Part shown: positions 8,335-16,626 of the stretch, one piece after another
Numbering within the stretch: the stretch's first letter is position 1
Layout: each line of letters begins with the position of its first letter
DNA from: a virus
Lineage: Duplodnaviria > Caudoviricetes
Direction: 5' to 3' (one strand)
DNA length: 29,517 nt
Virus record (IMG/VR): IMGVR_UViG_3300025875_000084
Location: 1 to 29,517 of that record
Position numbers and translations under genes: made by a program
Notes under the pieces: model-generated
The model's database searches: none
The model's input: only the letters and a program-made list of their open reading frames with translations
What the model was told of the DNA's origin: nothing

Positions 8335-9228
8335 ATGGCCGTCTTTGGCACCGCCGAGGCCCAGGTCCTGATGCCGCGAAACATCGCAGACGGCATGGTG
8401 ACCGACACCCGGACCAACTCCACCGTCGCTGCACTGTCGGGCCGCGAGCCCATGCGGTTCGGCAACACCGACATCATCACGTTCAACGACTTCCCGAAGG
8501 CTGAGTTCGTCGGAGAGGGCGCCGACAAGGCGTCCACCACCGGCGGGTTCGACAGCGTGACCGCGACGCCGAAGAAGGCTCAGGTCACGATGCGGTTCAA
8601 CGAGGAAGTTCAGTGGGCCGACGAGGACTACCAGCTCGGCATCTTCCGTGAGCTCGGCGCTGCTGGTGCGCTGGCTCTCGGTCGCGCTCTGGACCTCGGC
8701 CTGTACCACCGGATCAACCCGCTGACGGGCGCTGTGATCTCCGGGTGGACCAACTACCTGACTGCCACGACGCGCAGCGTTGAGGCGGCCGGCAACCCGG
8801 AGACCGAGATCGAAGCCGCTGTCGGCCTCCTGATCGGCGCCCAGAAGGCGGTCACCGGTATCGCGTTCGACCCGTCCTACTCCTGGACGATCGCCACCGC
8901 TCGGTACGCCGACGGTCGCAAGAAGTACCCGGAGCTGGGCTTCGGCACCAACCTCACCAACTTCGAGGGCCTCCAGGCATCCGTCGGTGACACGGTGTCC
9001 GGTCGCCCCGAGGCCACCGACACCAAGGTCCGCGGCATCGTCGGCGACTTCCGCAGCGGCATCCGTTGGGGCGTCCAGCGCGACATTCCCGTCGAGCTGA
9101 TCCGCTTCGGTGACCCGGACGGCCAGGGCGACCTCAAGCGCAAGAACCAGATCGCCATGCGCCTGGAGATCGTCTACGGGTGGTACGTCTTCACCGACCG
9201 CTTCGCCAAGATCGTGGACGCCGTCTGA
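8335..9228 (+). CDS. major capsid protein (HK97 fold)
   Basis: 297 aa; AEFVGEG..K, GDPDGQGDLKRKNQIA.R.E motifs; strong codon bias. Confidence 0.92.
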   Translation: MAVFGTAEAQVLMPRNIADGMVTDTRTNSTVAALSGREPMRFGNTDIITFNDFPKAEFVGEGADKASTTGGFDSVTATPKKAQVTMRFNEEVQWADEDYQLGIFRELGAAGALALGRALDLGLYHRINPLTGAVISGWTNYLTATTRSVEAAGNPETEIEAAVGLLIGAQKAVTGIAFDPSYSWTIATARYADGRKKYPELGFGTNLTNFEGLQASVGDTVSGRPEATDTKVRGIVGDFRSGIRWGVQRDIPVELIRFGDPDGQGDLKRKNQIAMRLEIVYGWYVFTDRFAKIVDAV

Positions 9229-9356
9229 TGGCTGAACTCGACTACCGCGGCGTGAAGGTGTCGGTGCCCGACGAGCTGGCCGAGCGCCTCCCGTCGGACT
9301 ACAAGGCCGTCTCCGGGGAGAGCAAGGCCCCGGCCAAGCGCACCCCCAGCAAGTAG
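9228..9356 (+). CDS. small protein after capsid gene (42 aa)
   Basis: Read manually; TGATG overlap; MAELDYRGVKVSVPDELAERL... Confidence 0.65.
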   Translation: MAELDYRGVKVSVPDELAERLPSDYKAVSGESKAPAKRTPSK

Positions 9357-9367
9357 AGGAGTGACCC

Positions 9368-9832
9368 GTGGCCGCCACGTTCCTGTCGACTGAAGACCTC
9401 GTGCCCTTCGCCGAAATTCCTACGGCGAAGGCTCAGGCCATGATCGACGACGCTCTGGCGTTGGCGGCCCGGGTTGCCCCCTGCATCATGGAGGCTGGTT
9501 TCGCTCACGAGGGGGCGGCGCGTGCGATCCTGCGGCGCGTCGTGCTCCGCTGGAACGACCAGGGCTCGGGTGCGCTTATGACCGAGACCGTGGACGACTA
9601 CTCGGGCACCACCGACAGTCGGCAGCCGTCGAAGAACCTGTTTTGGCCGTCGGAGATCACGCAGCTCCAGGAGTTGTGCAAGACCGACGGGCCTGCTGGT
9701 GCGTTCAGCGTGGACACGGTGGGCGCGGAGGTTGAGCAGCACGCGGACATCTGTGCGCTGCGGTTCGGGGCTCTTTACTGCTCGTGCGGTGCGGTGTTGA
9801 CGATGAACCTGCCGCTGTACGAGAACCTGTGA
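9368..9832 (+). CDS. head-to-tail adaptor
   Basis: AGGAG RBS; A.A.RVAPC, AILR..VLRW, FWPSEI..LQ.LC motifs; synteny. Confidence 0.8.
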   Translation: MAATFLSTEDLVPFAEIPTAKAQAMIDDALALAARVAPCIMEAGFAHEGAARAILRRVVLRWNDQGSGALMTETVDDYSGTTDSRQPSKNLFWPSEITQLQELCKTDGPAGAFSVDTVGAEVEQHADICALRFGALYCSCGAVLTMNLPLYENL

Positions 9833-10227
9833 CCGCGCAGGCAGCGGCTGAGCGTGGCCGTCGTCTAGCTGAGTCGCTGATGACCGCTACGTGCACGATC
9901 CGCGGCGAGGCGGCTGGTGAGCCGACGACGGACCCGGAGTCGGGCAAGGTCACCCCGGCCGAGGGTGCGCTGGTCTACTCGGGTCGCTGTCGAGTTCGCC
10001 CCGCTGGCACGCAGGCGGACGCGCGCGAGATGGGTGGCGCGGAGACGTTCATCTTCGACTTCGTGGTGTCGGTGCCGTTTGCCGTCGACGGCGTGGTCGA
10101 GGGCATGACGTGCCGCGTCGACGCCTCCCCTGACCCGGCGCTGGTCGGCCTCGAGTTAGAGATCGAGCAGGTCGCCCGCGGGGACCACATCACCGCTCGC
10201 CGCCTCGCCTGCAAGGAGGTGTCGTGA
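9829..10227 (+). CDS. head-to-tail stopper (DUF6093-like)
   Basis: GRR.AESLM..TC.I, VYSGRCRV motifs; GTGA overlap; synteny. Confidence 0.75.
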   Translation: MTAQAAAERGRRLAESLMTATCTIRGEAAGEPTTDPESGKVTPAEGALVYSGRCRVRPAGTQADAREMGGAETFIFDFVVSVPFAVDGVVEGMTCRVDASPDPALVGLELEIEQVARGDHITARRLACKEVS

Positions 10228-10610
10228 TGGTGGACACCCCGCTGACGATGGCGGCGTCGCTTCTCGCCGCTGGCGCGAAGGTCGAGCTCGGAACGCGCGC
10301 GGAAATCCAGGTCGCATCGCGGAAGGTGCGCGACAAGGGTCGCGCGAACTCCGTGGTGTCGTCGGGTAGGTCTGCGGCCCAGGCGCCCTCAACGATCACC
10401 TACGAGACCGGCTATCAGGGCCTGACCGCATACGGCGAGATCGGCTACGAGGCGCGCGGCCAGGGCAACATCGGGCACATTCTCGAGCGGGGCCGCGAGT
10501 ACGGCAATGTGCGCAGCGCTCCTCACCGCGACTTGGGCCGAGCGCTGGACGAGGTCGAGGACTCGTTCCCCGACTCGATCGCCGTCATCGGCGTCAAGGC
10601 GATCGACTGA
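10224..10610 (+). CDS. neck/tail completion protein (HK97 gp10-like)
   Basis: ITYE...GEIG...QGNIGHILE.G...APH motif; synteny. Confidence 0.7.
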   Translation: MMVDTPLTMAASLLAAGAKVELGTRAEIQVASRKVRDKGRANSVVSSGRSAAQAPSTITYETGYQGLTAYGEIGYEARGQGNIGHILERGREYGNVRSAPHRDLGRALDEVEDSFPDSIAVIGVKAID

Positions 10611-10999
10611 TGACTGCGCTGACCGCAGCCATCGTGACTGCGCTTGCCGATCAGAGTCTTTCGGTCGGTGTCGGCAGGCAGCCGGCGCACGAATCCGATG
10701 AGCCGTTCGTGGTGATCTGGCCTGACTCCGGTCGCCACTCCGCGGTGACGATGAAGGCCAACGACGGCCTCGCCGAGACGTGGACGTGTCACTGCTACGG
10801 GCTCACCCCTGAGTCGGCGCAGGTTGCTGTGCGCAAGCTGACGGCGGCGATCTACGGGCTGCATCGGCAGACGATCGGTGGCCGTCTCGTTCAGTGGCCG
10901 GAGCAGTTGTCCGCGGTGCCGCTCGACATCGACCGCGACGCCCAGCCGCACCTGTACGACCTGACCGTGGAATGGCGGCTGCGCACTTCCCTCGCCTGA
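10610..10999 (+). CDS. tail terminator
   Basis: 129 aa; TGATG overlap; position before major tail gene. Confidence 0.7.
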   Translation: MTALTAAIVTALADQSLSVGVGRQPAHESDEPFVVIWPDSGRHSAVTMKANDGLAETWTCHCYGLTPESAQVAVRKLTAAIYGLHRQTIGGRLVQWPEQLSAVPLDIDRDAQPHLYDLTVEWRLRTSLA

Positions 11000-11074
11000 C
11001 ACATCCCTGCACCTGTCCCCGCCGGATTCGCCGTCGGGGCGTTCGTCATGCCCATCGCACGAAAGGGGACGGCT

Positions 11075-11242
11075 GTGGCCGATTCCACCGAGTTCGTCAC
11101 CATCCGCCATCCCCGAACGCTCGTGGAGAAGACGGTCGCCAAGTCGGCGACCCGCTTCTTCCCCGACTACGACGTGCTCGACAAGTCGGGCCGTAAGTCC
11201 TCGCACCAGCCCGCCACCCCCACCACCCCGAAGGAGTCCTGA
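11075..11242 (+). CDS. small hypothetical protein (55 aa)
   Basis: AAAGGGGA RBS before GTG 11075; its end carries the RBS of the major tail gene. Confidence 0.6.
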   Translation: MADSTEFVTIRHPRTLVEKTVAKSATRFFPDYDVLDKSGRKSSHQPATPTTPKES

Positions 11243-11244
11243 CC

Positions 11245-11736
11245 GTGGCTGACCTTGGTTTCGACGGCATGGTCAAGGTGTCTTTCGTGGACACCCTGGC
11301 TGACATCGCCGCCCCGTCCGCTGCCGCACTGACCGCTGGCGTTTCCCTTGAGGGGCGTCTCACTGCGGATGGCCTGACCACTGGCGGTGAGACGGCGGAG
11401 GTGGACACCTCCAAGCTGAACTCGACCTCCAACTCTGCCGTGGTCGGTCGCCGCACGTTCACCGTCGGCGTCAAGTACGTGCGCGGTGACGACGAGGAGG
11501 CCGTGGAGGTTGAGGAGGCGCTGGTGTACGGCGCCCGCGGGTTCCTGTGTGTTCGCCGCGACATGGCTTCCTCGGTCGCTTGGGCCGCAAGCCAGAAGGT
11601 CGAGGTGTACCCGGTGCAGGTGCGCCAGCCGAACCCGGACGCGCCTGCTGCGAATGCGCTCCAGGCGGTCGACGTGCCGATGGTCGTCACCTCGGAGCCC
11701 AAGGGCTACGGCGACCCTGCCACCGTCGCCGCGTAA
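11245..11736 (+). CDS. major tail protein
   Basis: AAGGAG RBS; DG.VKV.FV..ADIAAP, G.RGFL.VRR, QKVEVYPV motifs of actinobacterial tail tube proteins. Confidence 0.85.
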   Translation: MADLGFDGMVKVSFVDTLADIAAPSAAALTAGVSLEGRLTADGLTTGGETAEVDTSKLNSTSNSAVVGRRTFTVGVKYVRGDDEEAVEVEEALVYGARGFLCVRRDMASSVAWAASQKVEVYPVQVRQPNPDAPAANALQAVDVPMVVTSEPKGYGDPATVAA

Positions 11737-11748
11737 GCACCCCTGATC

Positions 11749-11822
11749 GGCGTCGGGCGGGTTCCTGGGATGGTCCGCCCGACGCCTTCATCCCAACTTC
11801 ATCCCAGACCATCCCAGGAGGA
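11749..11822 (+). promoter_or_regulatory. 12-bp hairpin whose loop is complementary to three CATCCCA repeats and the downstream RBS
   Basis: Stem 11749-11760/11775-11786; 11763-11775 is the exact reverse complement of 11807-11819; repeats at 11789, 11800, 11810. Confidence 0.65.
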
Positions 11823-11825
11823 ACT

Positions 11826-12122
11826 GTGAGCGAGCAGCGCGTGTGGTGGATTGGCCTCGGCGACGACCAGAGCCGCGACTTTCATGAGGCGACTCTGACT
11901 TGGGTCAGGGGGCTCGGGCTGGTCCCAGAAGACCTTCTGCCCGAAGCGGAAGTCATTGAGCGCGACGGCACCTTCGAGTTCCACGCCGATCAGGTGGTGC
12001 GGGACGAGGCGGGCAAGCCGCAGAGAGCGTTTGGTGGCGCAGGGCTGCTTACTCGTTCCGTCGTCCTCCAGGTCAAGCCGAACACGTGGCCGACCATGCC
12101 TGAGCGGGAGGTCGCCCGATGA
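11826..12122 (+). CDS. hypothetical protein between major tail and tail assembly chaperone genes (98 aa)
   Basis: AGGAGGA RBS before GTG 11826; ATGA overlap with chaperone gene. Confidence 0.7.
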   Translation: MSEQRVWWIGLGDDQSRDFHEATLTWVRGLGLVPEDLLPEAEVIERDGTFEFHADQVVRDEAGKPQRAFGGAGLLTRSVVLQVKPNTWPTMPEREVAR

Positions 12123-12631
12123 GCGTGAACATCGACGACCTGATCGGCCGGGTGAAGATGCCCGTCCGGTCGGTCACCATCTGCCTCGACGGCGATCTTC
12201 AGGCCGAGCACGACGAACTGACTGCGGAACTCGAACTTGTCCGCCGCGAGAACCCCGCCAAGATGGGCGACACCTCCGAAGGCAAGCAGATCGCTGACCG
12301 CATCGGCGAGATCGAAGCCGAGATGCGGAAGTCGGAGCAGACGTTCAAGTTCAAGGGCCTCAACAAGAACGCCCTCAACGTCCTCTACAAGCGGTTCCCG
12401 CCGAAGAAGGACAGCAACCAGACCTGGGACATCGACGCGGGCGCCTTCGCGCTGCTGGCAGCGGCGGCGGTCGAGCCAACGATGAGCGAAGATCAGGCCA
12501 AGGGGCTCATCGACGCCATCTCATACGGGCAGGTCGACAAGCTCGTCGGCTGCGCGTGGGTCGCCAGCACGGGGAGCACCGCCACCCCTTTGTCCGCACG
12601 CGCCTCCGAGCTTCGCGGGAAGAACTCCTAG
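12119..12631 (+). CDS. tail assembly chaperone (gpG-like)
   Basis: 170 aa between tail tube and tape measure; slippery heptamer near 3' end. Confidence 0.85.
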   Translation: MSVNIDDLIGRVKMPVRSVTICLDGDLQAEHDELTAELELVRRENPAKMGDTSEGKQIADRIGEIEAEMRKSEQTFKFKGLNKNALNVLYKRFPPKKDSNQTWDIDAGAFALLAAAAVEPTMSEDQAKGLIDAISYGQVDKLVGCAWVASTGSTATPLSARASELRGKNS

Positions 12632-13026
12632 AAGCACGCGAGGCGCGGGCCTATGGCTGGCCGCGCTCGATCCTGCTGGGCCGGCCGATGCCGCAGCCTG
12701 GCGAGCCACTGTTCACCGACGAGGACACCGCCTACGCGATCGCCCTCGCCGAGGAGGAAGCGGCCACCTGTTCGTCGTGTGGGCTGCTCAAGGTGGTGTG
12801 CCGCGACCCCGAGTACCAGTTCGCGTTCGAGGTGCACGAGGAGCAGTGCCACGCGACTTACGCGCTGGCGGACCGCCAAAGAACATGGCAGGACCGACCA
12901 GAGGTTCAGAAAGTCGCCACGCAGCTGTCGGCGAGGTTCCGCGAGGGCAAGCAGCCGCCGATTGACGTGGGTCTCGAGCTAGCCGACCAGGCCGATGAGC
13001 CAGATGCCGGCAGTGACGAGGCCTAG
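12586..13026 (+). CDS. tail assembly chaperone -1 frameshift extension (gpGT-like)
   Basis: X XXY YYZ heptamer C CCT TTG at 12586-12592; -1 frame open to 13026 with CSSC...C..CHA motif. Confidence 0.8.
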   Translation, partial: PFVRTRLRASREELLEAREARAYGWPRSILLGRPMPQPGEPLFTDEDTAYAIALAEEEAATCSSCGLLKVVCRDPEYQFAFEVHEEQCHATYALADRQRTWQDRPEVQKVATQLSARFREGKQPPIDVGLELADQADEPDAGSDEA

Positions 13027-13131
13027 GACGAACAAGAACATCAGGACCCAGTTCATGTTCTCGAGCGCCTTCGTCTGCCTCTCGGCGTGAGCCAGTAGCG
13101 CCTGCTCTGCCGTTTCCCCCTGCTCAGTCAT
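12979..13131 (-). CDS. small antisense membrane protein (50 aa)
   Basis: MTEQGETAEQALLAHAERQTKALENMNWVLMFLFVLGLVTAGIWLIGLVG; one C-terminal TM; TAGCGT -10-like hexamer 8 nt upstream of ATG. Confidence 0.65.
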   Translation of the reverse strand: MTEQGETAEQALLAHAERQTKALENMNWVLMFLFVLGLVTAGIWLIGLVG

Positions 13132-13167
13132 AGCGCAGCACGCTACAACCAATTGGACGGGGGACGC

Positions 13168-16100
13168 ATGGCGAATCGCACTGTCTCCGTCAGGTTGCAG
13201 GCCGAGATCGGTCAGTACGTCTCGAGCATGTCGAAGGCTTCGGCCGCGACGATGCGTCTCGGGGACGATGCGACGGCCAGCAGCGCGAAGGCGAACCGCG
13301 GTTTCGACATGGCGGGCAAGGGCGCGCTGCTCCTTGGTGGCGCGGTAGTTGCCGGCTTGGGTCTCGCCGTAAGTGCGTCGATGAAGTTCGAGAAGGCGAT
13401 GTCCGCCGCCTCTGCCGCGACTCAGCAGAGCGGCGCCGCGCTTGATGATCTGCGCGACGCCGCCATGAAGGCGGGCGCCGACACGCAGTATTCGGCGACT
13501 GAGGCTGCCGACGCCATCACCGAGATGGGCAAGGCCGGCGTCTCGACCGCGGACATCCTCAACGGCGGACTCGACGGGGCCCTCGCTCTTGCCGCCGCTG
13601 GGCAGATGGATGTTGCCGAGGCTGCCGAGCTCGGTGCCACGGCGATGAACGTTTTCAACCTCAAGGGCGACCAGATGTCGCACGTCGCCGATCTCTTGGC
13701 TGCGGGCGCGGGCAAGGCGCAGGGATCTGTCTCCGACATGGGGGCGGCGCTGAACCAGTCGGCGCTGGTCGCCAACGCGGCGGGGCTTTCGATCGAGGAG
13801 ACAGCTGGCTCTTTGGCGCTGTTCGCCTCAAACGGGTTGATCGGATCGGACGCCGGGACAAGTTTCAGGCAAATGTTGCTCCACCTGCAAGCACCTTCTG
13901 GCACTGCGCAGAAGCAGATGGACGCGCTCGGTATCTCGATGTACGACGCCAACGGCGAGTTTATCGGCATGACCGCACTGGCCGAGCAGCTTCAGACCCA
14001 GATGGCCGGCCTGACACAGGCCGAGCGCGACAAGGCGATGGCGACGATCTTCGGCGCCGATGCCGTCCGTGCCTCCAACATCCTCTACGAGGCCGGCGGG
14101 GAGGGCGTCGCAGCGTGGACCGCGAAGGTCAACGACGCCGGTTTCGCAGCGGACACCGCCGCGGCTCTTACTGACAACCTGTCGGGCGACCTGGAGCGGC
14201 TCGGCGGCGCCTGGGACACCTTGCTGATCACTCTCGGGCAGGGTGCTCAGGGCGGGATGCGCGAGGTCGTGCAGGCTCTCGAAGGCATGGTCGAGGGTGT
14301 CATCTGGCTCGTCGAGGCTTGGGGGAACCTGCCCGGGCCGGTGCAGGCGGCGATCATCGCGCTCGGCGGTATCGCCTTGCTCAAGGGGCCGGTGGGCAGC
14401 GCGCTGGAGTCCATCCAGTTGCGGGCCATGTACGCCGCGGACGCCATCATGTCGCCTCGTGCTGGCCTTGCGACTGCGGGGTCCAAGCTGCTGAGTGTGT
14501 TCGGCGGCCCGTGGGGACTCGCGTTGGCGGGGGCCGTCACCGGCCTGACACTGCTGACGTCCTGGCTCGGCAGGTCCAGCGTGTCGACGGAGCAGGCCGC
14601 CGCCTATCAGGATCGTCTGACCACGGCTCTTGAGGAGTCCAACGGGGCTCTGAACGAGAACGTCCGGGCCATCGCCGCACGCGAGGCTGCGGACACGGAC
14701 ATTGGCGACAGCAACCTGCTCGAGGTGTCCCGCGAGCTCGGCATCGAACTGCCTCGCGTCACGGATGCGCTGCTCGGCAACAAGGCTGCCTACGAAGAGA
14801 TCGAGGGCGCGGCAGACGCCTACCTCCAGCGCGCTCTCGAACTTTCGGACTTCAACACTGAGGACCCCGGGTTCATAGCTGCGTCCGAGAAGGTTGCCGG
14901 CTACAAGGGCGCCCTTGAGGCGCTGTTCCCGAACCTCGCTGAGATTGAGCAGGGGCAGCAGGACGTGGCGGTTGCTACGTCGGAGACCGGCGTAGTTGCT
15001 CAGCAGACCACGGTGATGACCGAGGAAGCCACGAAGGCGCTTGAGGACTGGCTGAAGGCGCTTCAGGACATCGCAACGGATTTCGTGGACCCGCTTGAGG
15101 CCTACAAGGGTCTTCTCGACGCCAAGATGGCGAAGGAGCGGGAGTCAGCGGAGGCTACTGCTGCTGCGACTGAGGATGCGTCGGATTCGTGGGAGGACTA
15201 CGCGACCGACGTCACTGTCTCGCTGAATGAGCTTGCCGACAAGCTCGAGGAGCAGTTGCTGGCGCACGATCAGTGGGCTAGGAACATCGGCACTATCACG
15301 CAGCGTGGCGGCGCGGACGTGGGTCGCATTCTCGCTCAGATGGGTGAGGAGGGTGTGCAGATCGCCGCGCAGATGGCGAATGGCACGGACGCTGAGTTCA
15401 ACCGCATGGCGGACCTGCTCAGGCGGGGTGCGCAGCGGGCGGGTGGCGACGCTGTGGCTGAGTTTGACTACTACATGAAGATGATGGAGTTGGTCGGGGC
15501 CTCGGGTGGTACCGCCACTGTGCAGGGTCTGGCGTCGGCTCTCGGGCTCGGCGTCGACCAGGTGCGCTACATCGCCGGAATGTACGGTCTGAGCCTGGCG
15601 GAGGGCATCAACCCCATTCTCGGAGCAGTCGGCCGGACCCCGGTCATCGTGGCCCGCGGCAGTCAGCCCAACTCGGGGAGCCTCAGTCAGCCGGGGTTCG
15701 CTGAGGGCGGCTACACGGGCCCCGGCGCCAAGTACCAGCCGGCGGGCATCGTGCACGCGGGCGAGTACGTGTTGACCCAGGAGCAGGTCAAGCGCCTGGG
15801 CCTCCAGAGCATCGAGGCGTTCGCCAACCGGGGCTACGCGAACGGCGGCTTCGTGACTTCCGCCGATGTGCCGCGCCCGTACTCGACCGCTCCGGCAGGC
15901 TATCCAGTTTCCACCGCAGGTGACGGGACGATGGAGACCGGCTACAGCGCTGTCACGTCGTGGCTCGACTACCTGAACGCGCTGCGTGCGGCCCAGGAGG
16001 CTGCCGCGGCTGCTGCCGCCGCCACCGCCGCAGGCCCGCTTGGTGGCGGCGCCGTGGGTGGTAGCTGGCAGTCCATCTGGGAGCACGTCCACCGGGCGAT

Positions 16101-16626
16101 CCCCGAGGCGCGGATCAACTCCACCTACCGTGCCGGCGACCCGGGGTACCACGGCAAGGGCAAGGCCATCGACTTTGGTTTCGGCACGGGCCCTGGTGGT
16201 GCAGGTTCGGCTGGTCTCGCGTCGATCAACCGGTACATCCACGACACGATCGGCGTCAACCTCGCCGAGCTGATCTATGACGGCATCGGTGACGACCGCC
16301 CGGACCTGAAGAACGGTCGACCGCTCACCTACAGCGCGTCAACGCAGGCCGAGCACCGCAACCACGTGCACGCCGCGACCTACGACCAGGGCGGCACGCT
16401 GCGGCCCGGCTTCACGATGGCTTACAACGGCACGGGGCGGAACGAGACGATCCGCACGGCAAGCCAGGAGGCGGCGCTGAGTGGTCCGCAGCCGGTTCTG
16501 TTGCAGCTTGAGGGTGACGCGGTGACGGCTCTGCTCCGGGGTGAGGTCGTCGAGACGCTGGGGACTCGTCGGGCCATCAACACGATCGAGACTGGTCTGG
16601 TTGTCAGCGGGCGGGAGCGGGCGTGA
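13168..16626 (+). CDS. tape measure protein with C-terminal M15/LAS-like peptidase domain
   Basis: TP901-type core (T.YSATEAA, GSDAGTS, DNL.GD.E.L); FAEGGYTG motif; C-terminal YH..GKAID...HRNHVH; GGGGGA RBS. Confidence 0.92.
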   Translation: MANRTVSVRLQAEIGQYVSSMSKASAATMRLGDDATASSAKANRGFDMAGKGALLLGGAVVAGLGLAVSASMKFEKAMSAASAATQQSGAALDDLRDAAMKAGADTQYSATEAADAITEMGKAGVSTADILNGGLDGALALAAAGQMDVAEAAELGATAMNVFNLKGDQMSHVADLLAAGAGKAQGSVSDMGAALNQSALVANAAGLSIEETAGSLALFASNGLIGSDAGTSFRQMLLHLQAPSGTAQKQMDALGISMYDANGEFIGMTALAEQLQTQMAGLTQAERDKAMATIFGADAVRASNILYEAGGEGVAAWTAKVNDAGFAADTAAALTDNLSGDLERLGGAWDTLLITLGQGAQGGMREVVQALEGMVEGVIWLVEAWGNLPGPVQAAIIALGGIALLKGPVGSALESIQLRAMYAADAIMSPRAGLATAGSKLLSVFGGPWGLALAGAVTGLTLLTSWLGRSSVSTEQAAAYQDRLTTALEESNGALNENVRAIAAREAADTDIGDSNLLEVSRELGIELPRVTDALLGNKAAYEEIEGAADAYLQRALELSDFNTEDPGFIAASEKVAGYKGALEALFPNLAEIEQGQQDVAVATSETGVVAQQTTVMTEEATKALEDWLKALQDIATDFVDPLEAYKGLLDAKMAKERESAEATAAATEDASDSWEDYATDVTVSLNELADKLEEQLLAHDQWARNIGTITQRGGADVGRILAQMGEEGVQIAAQMANGTDAEFNRMADLLRRGAQRAGGDAVAEFDYYMKMMELVGASGGTATVQGLASALGLGVDQVRYIAGMYGLSLAEGINPILGAVGRTPVIVARGSQPNSGSLSQPGFAEGGYTGPGAKYQPAGIVHAGEYVLTQEQVKRLGLQSIEAFANRGYANGGFVTSADVPRPYSTAPAGYPVSTAGDGTMETGYSAVTSWLDYLNALRAAQEAAAAAAAATAAGPLGGGAVGGSWQSIWEHVHRAIPEARINSTYRAGDPGYHGKGKAIDFGFGTGPGGAGSAGLASINRYIHDTIGVNLAELIYDGIGDDRPDLKNGRPLTYSASTQAEHRNHVHAATYDQGGTLRPGFTMAYNGTGRNETIRTASQEAALSGPQPVLLQLEGDAVTALLRGEVVETLGTRRAINTIETGLVVSGRERA

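Noticed and set aside
7819-9378. 519 aa minus-strand ORF
   Set aside because: Shadow of the scaffold and capsid genes
11015-11045. Imperfect hairpin after the tail terminator gene
   Set aside because: Mismatched stem and weak U tract; not enough to call a terminator
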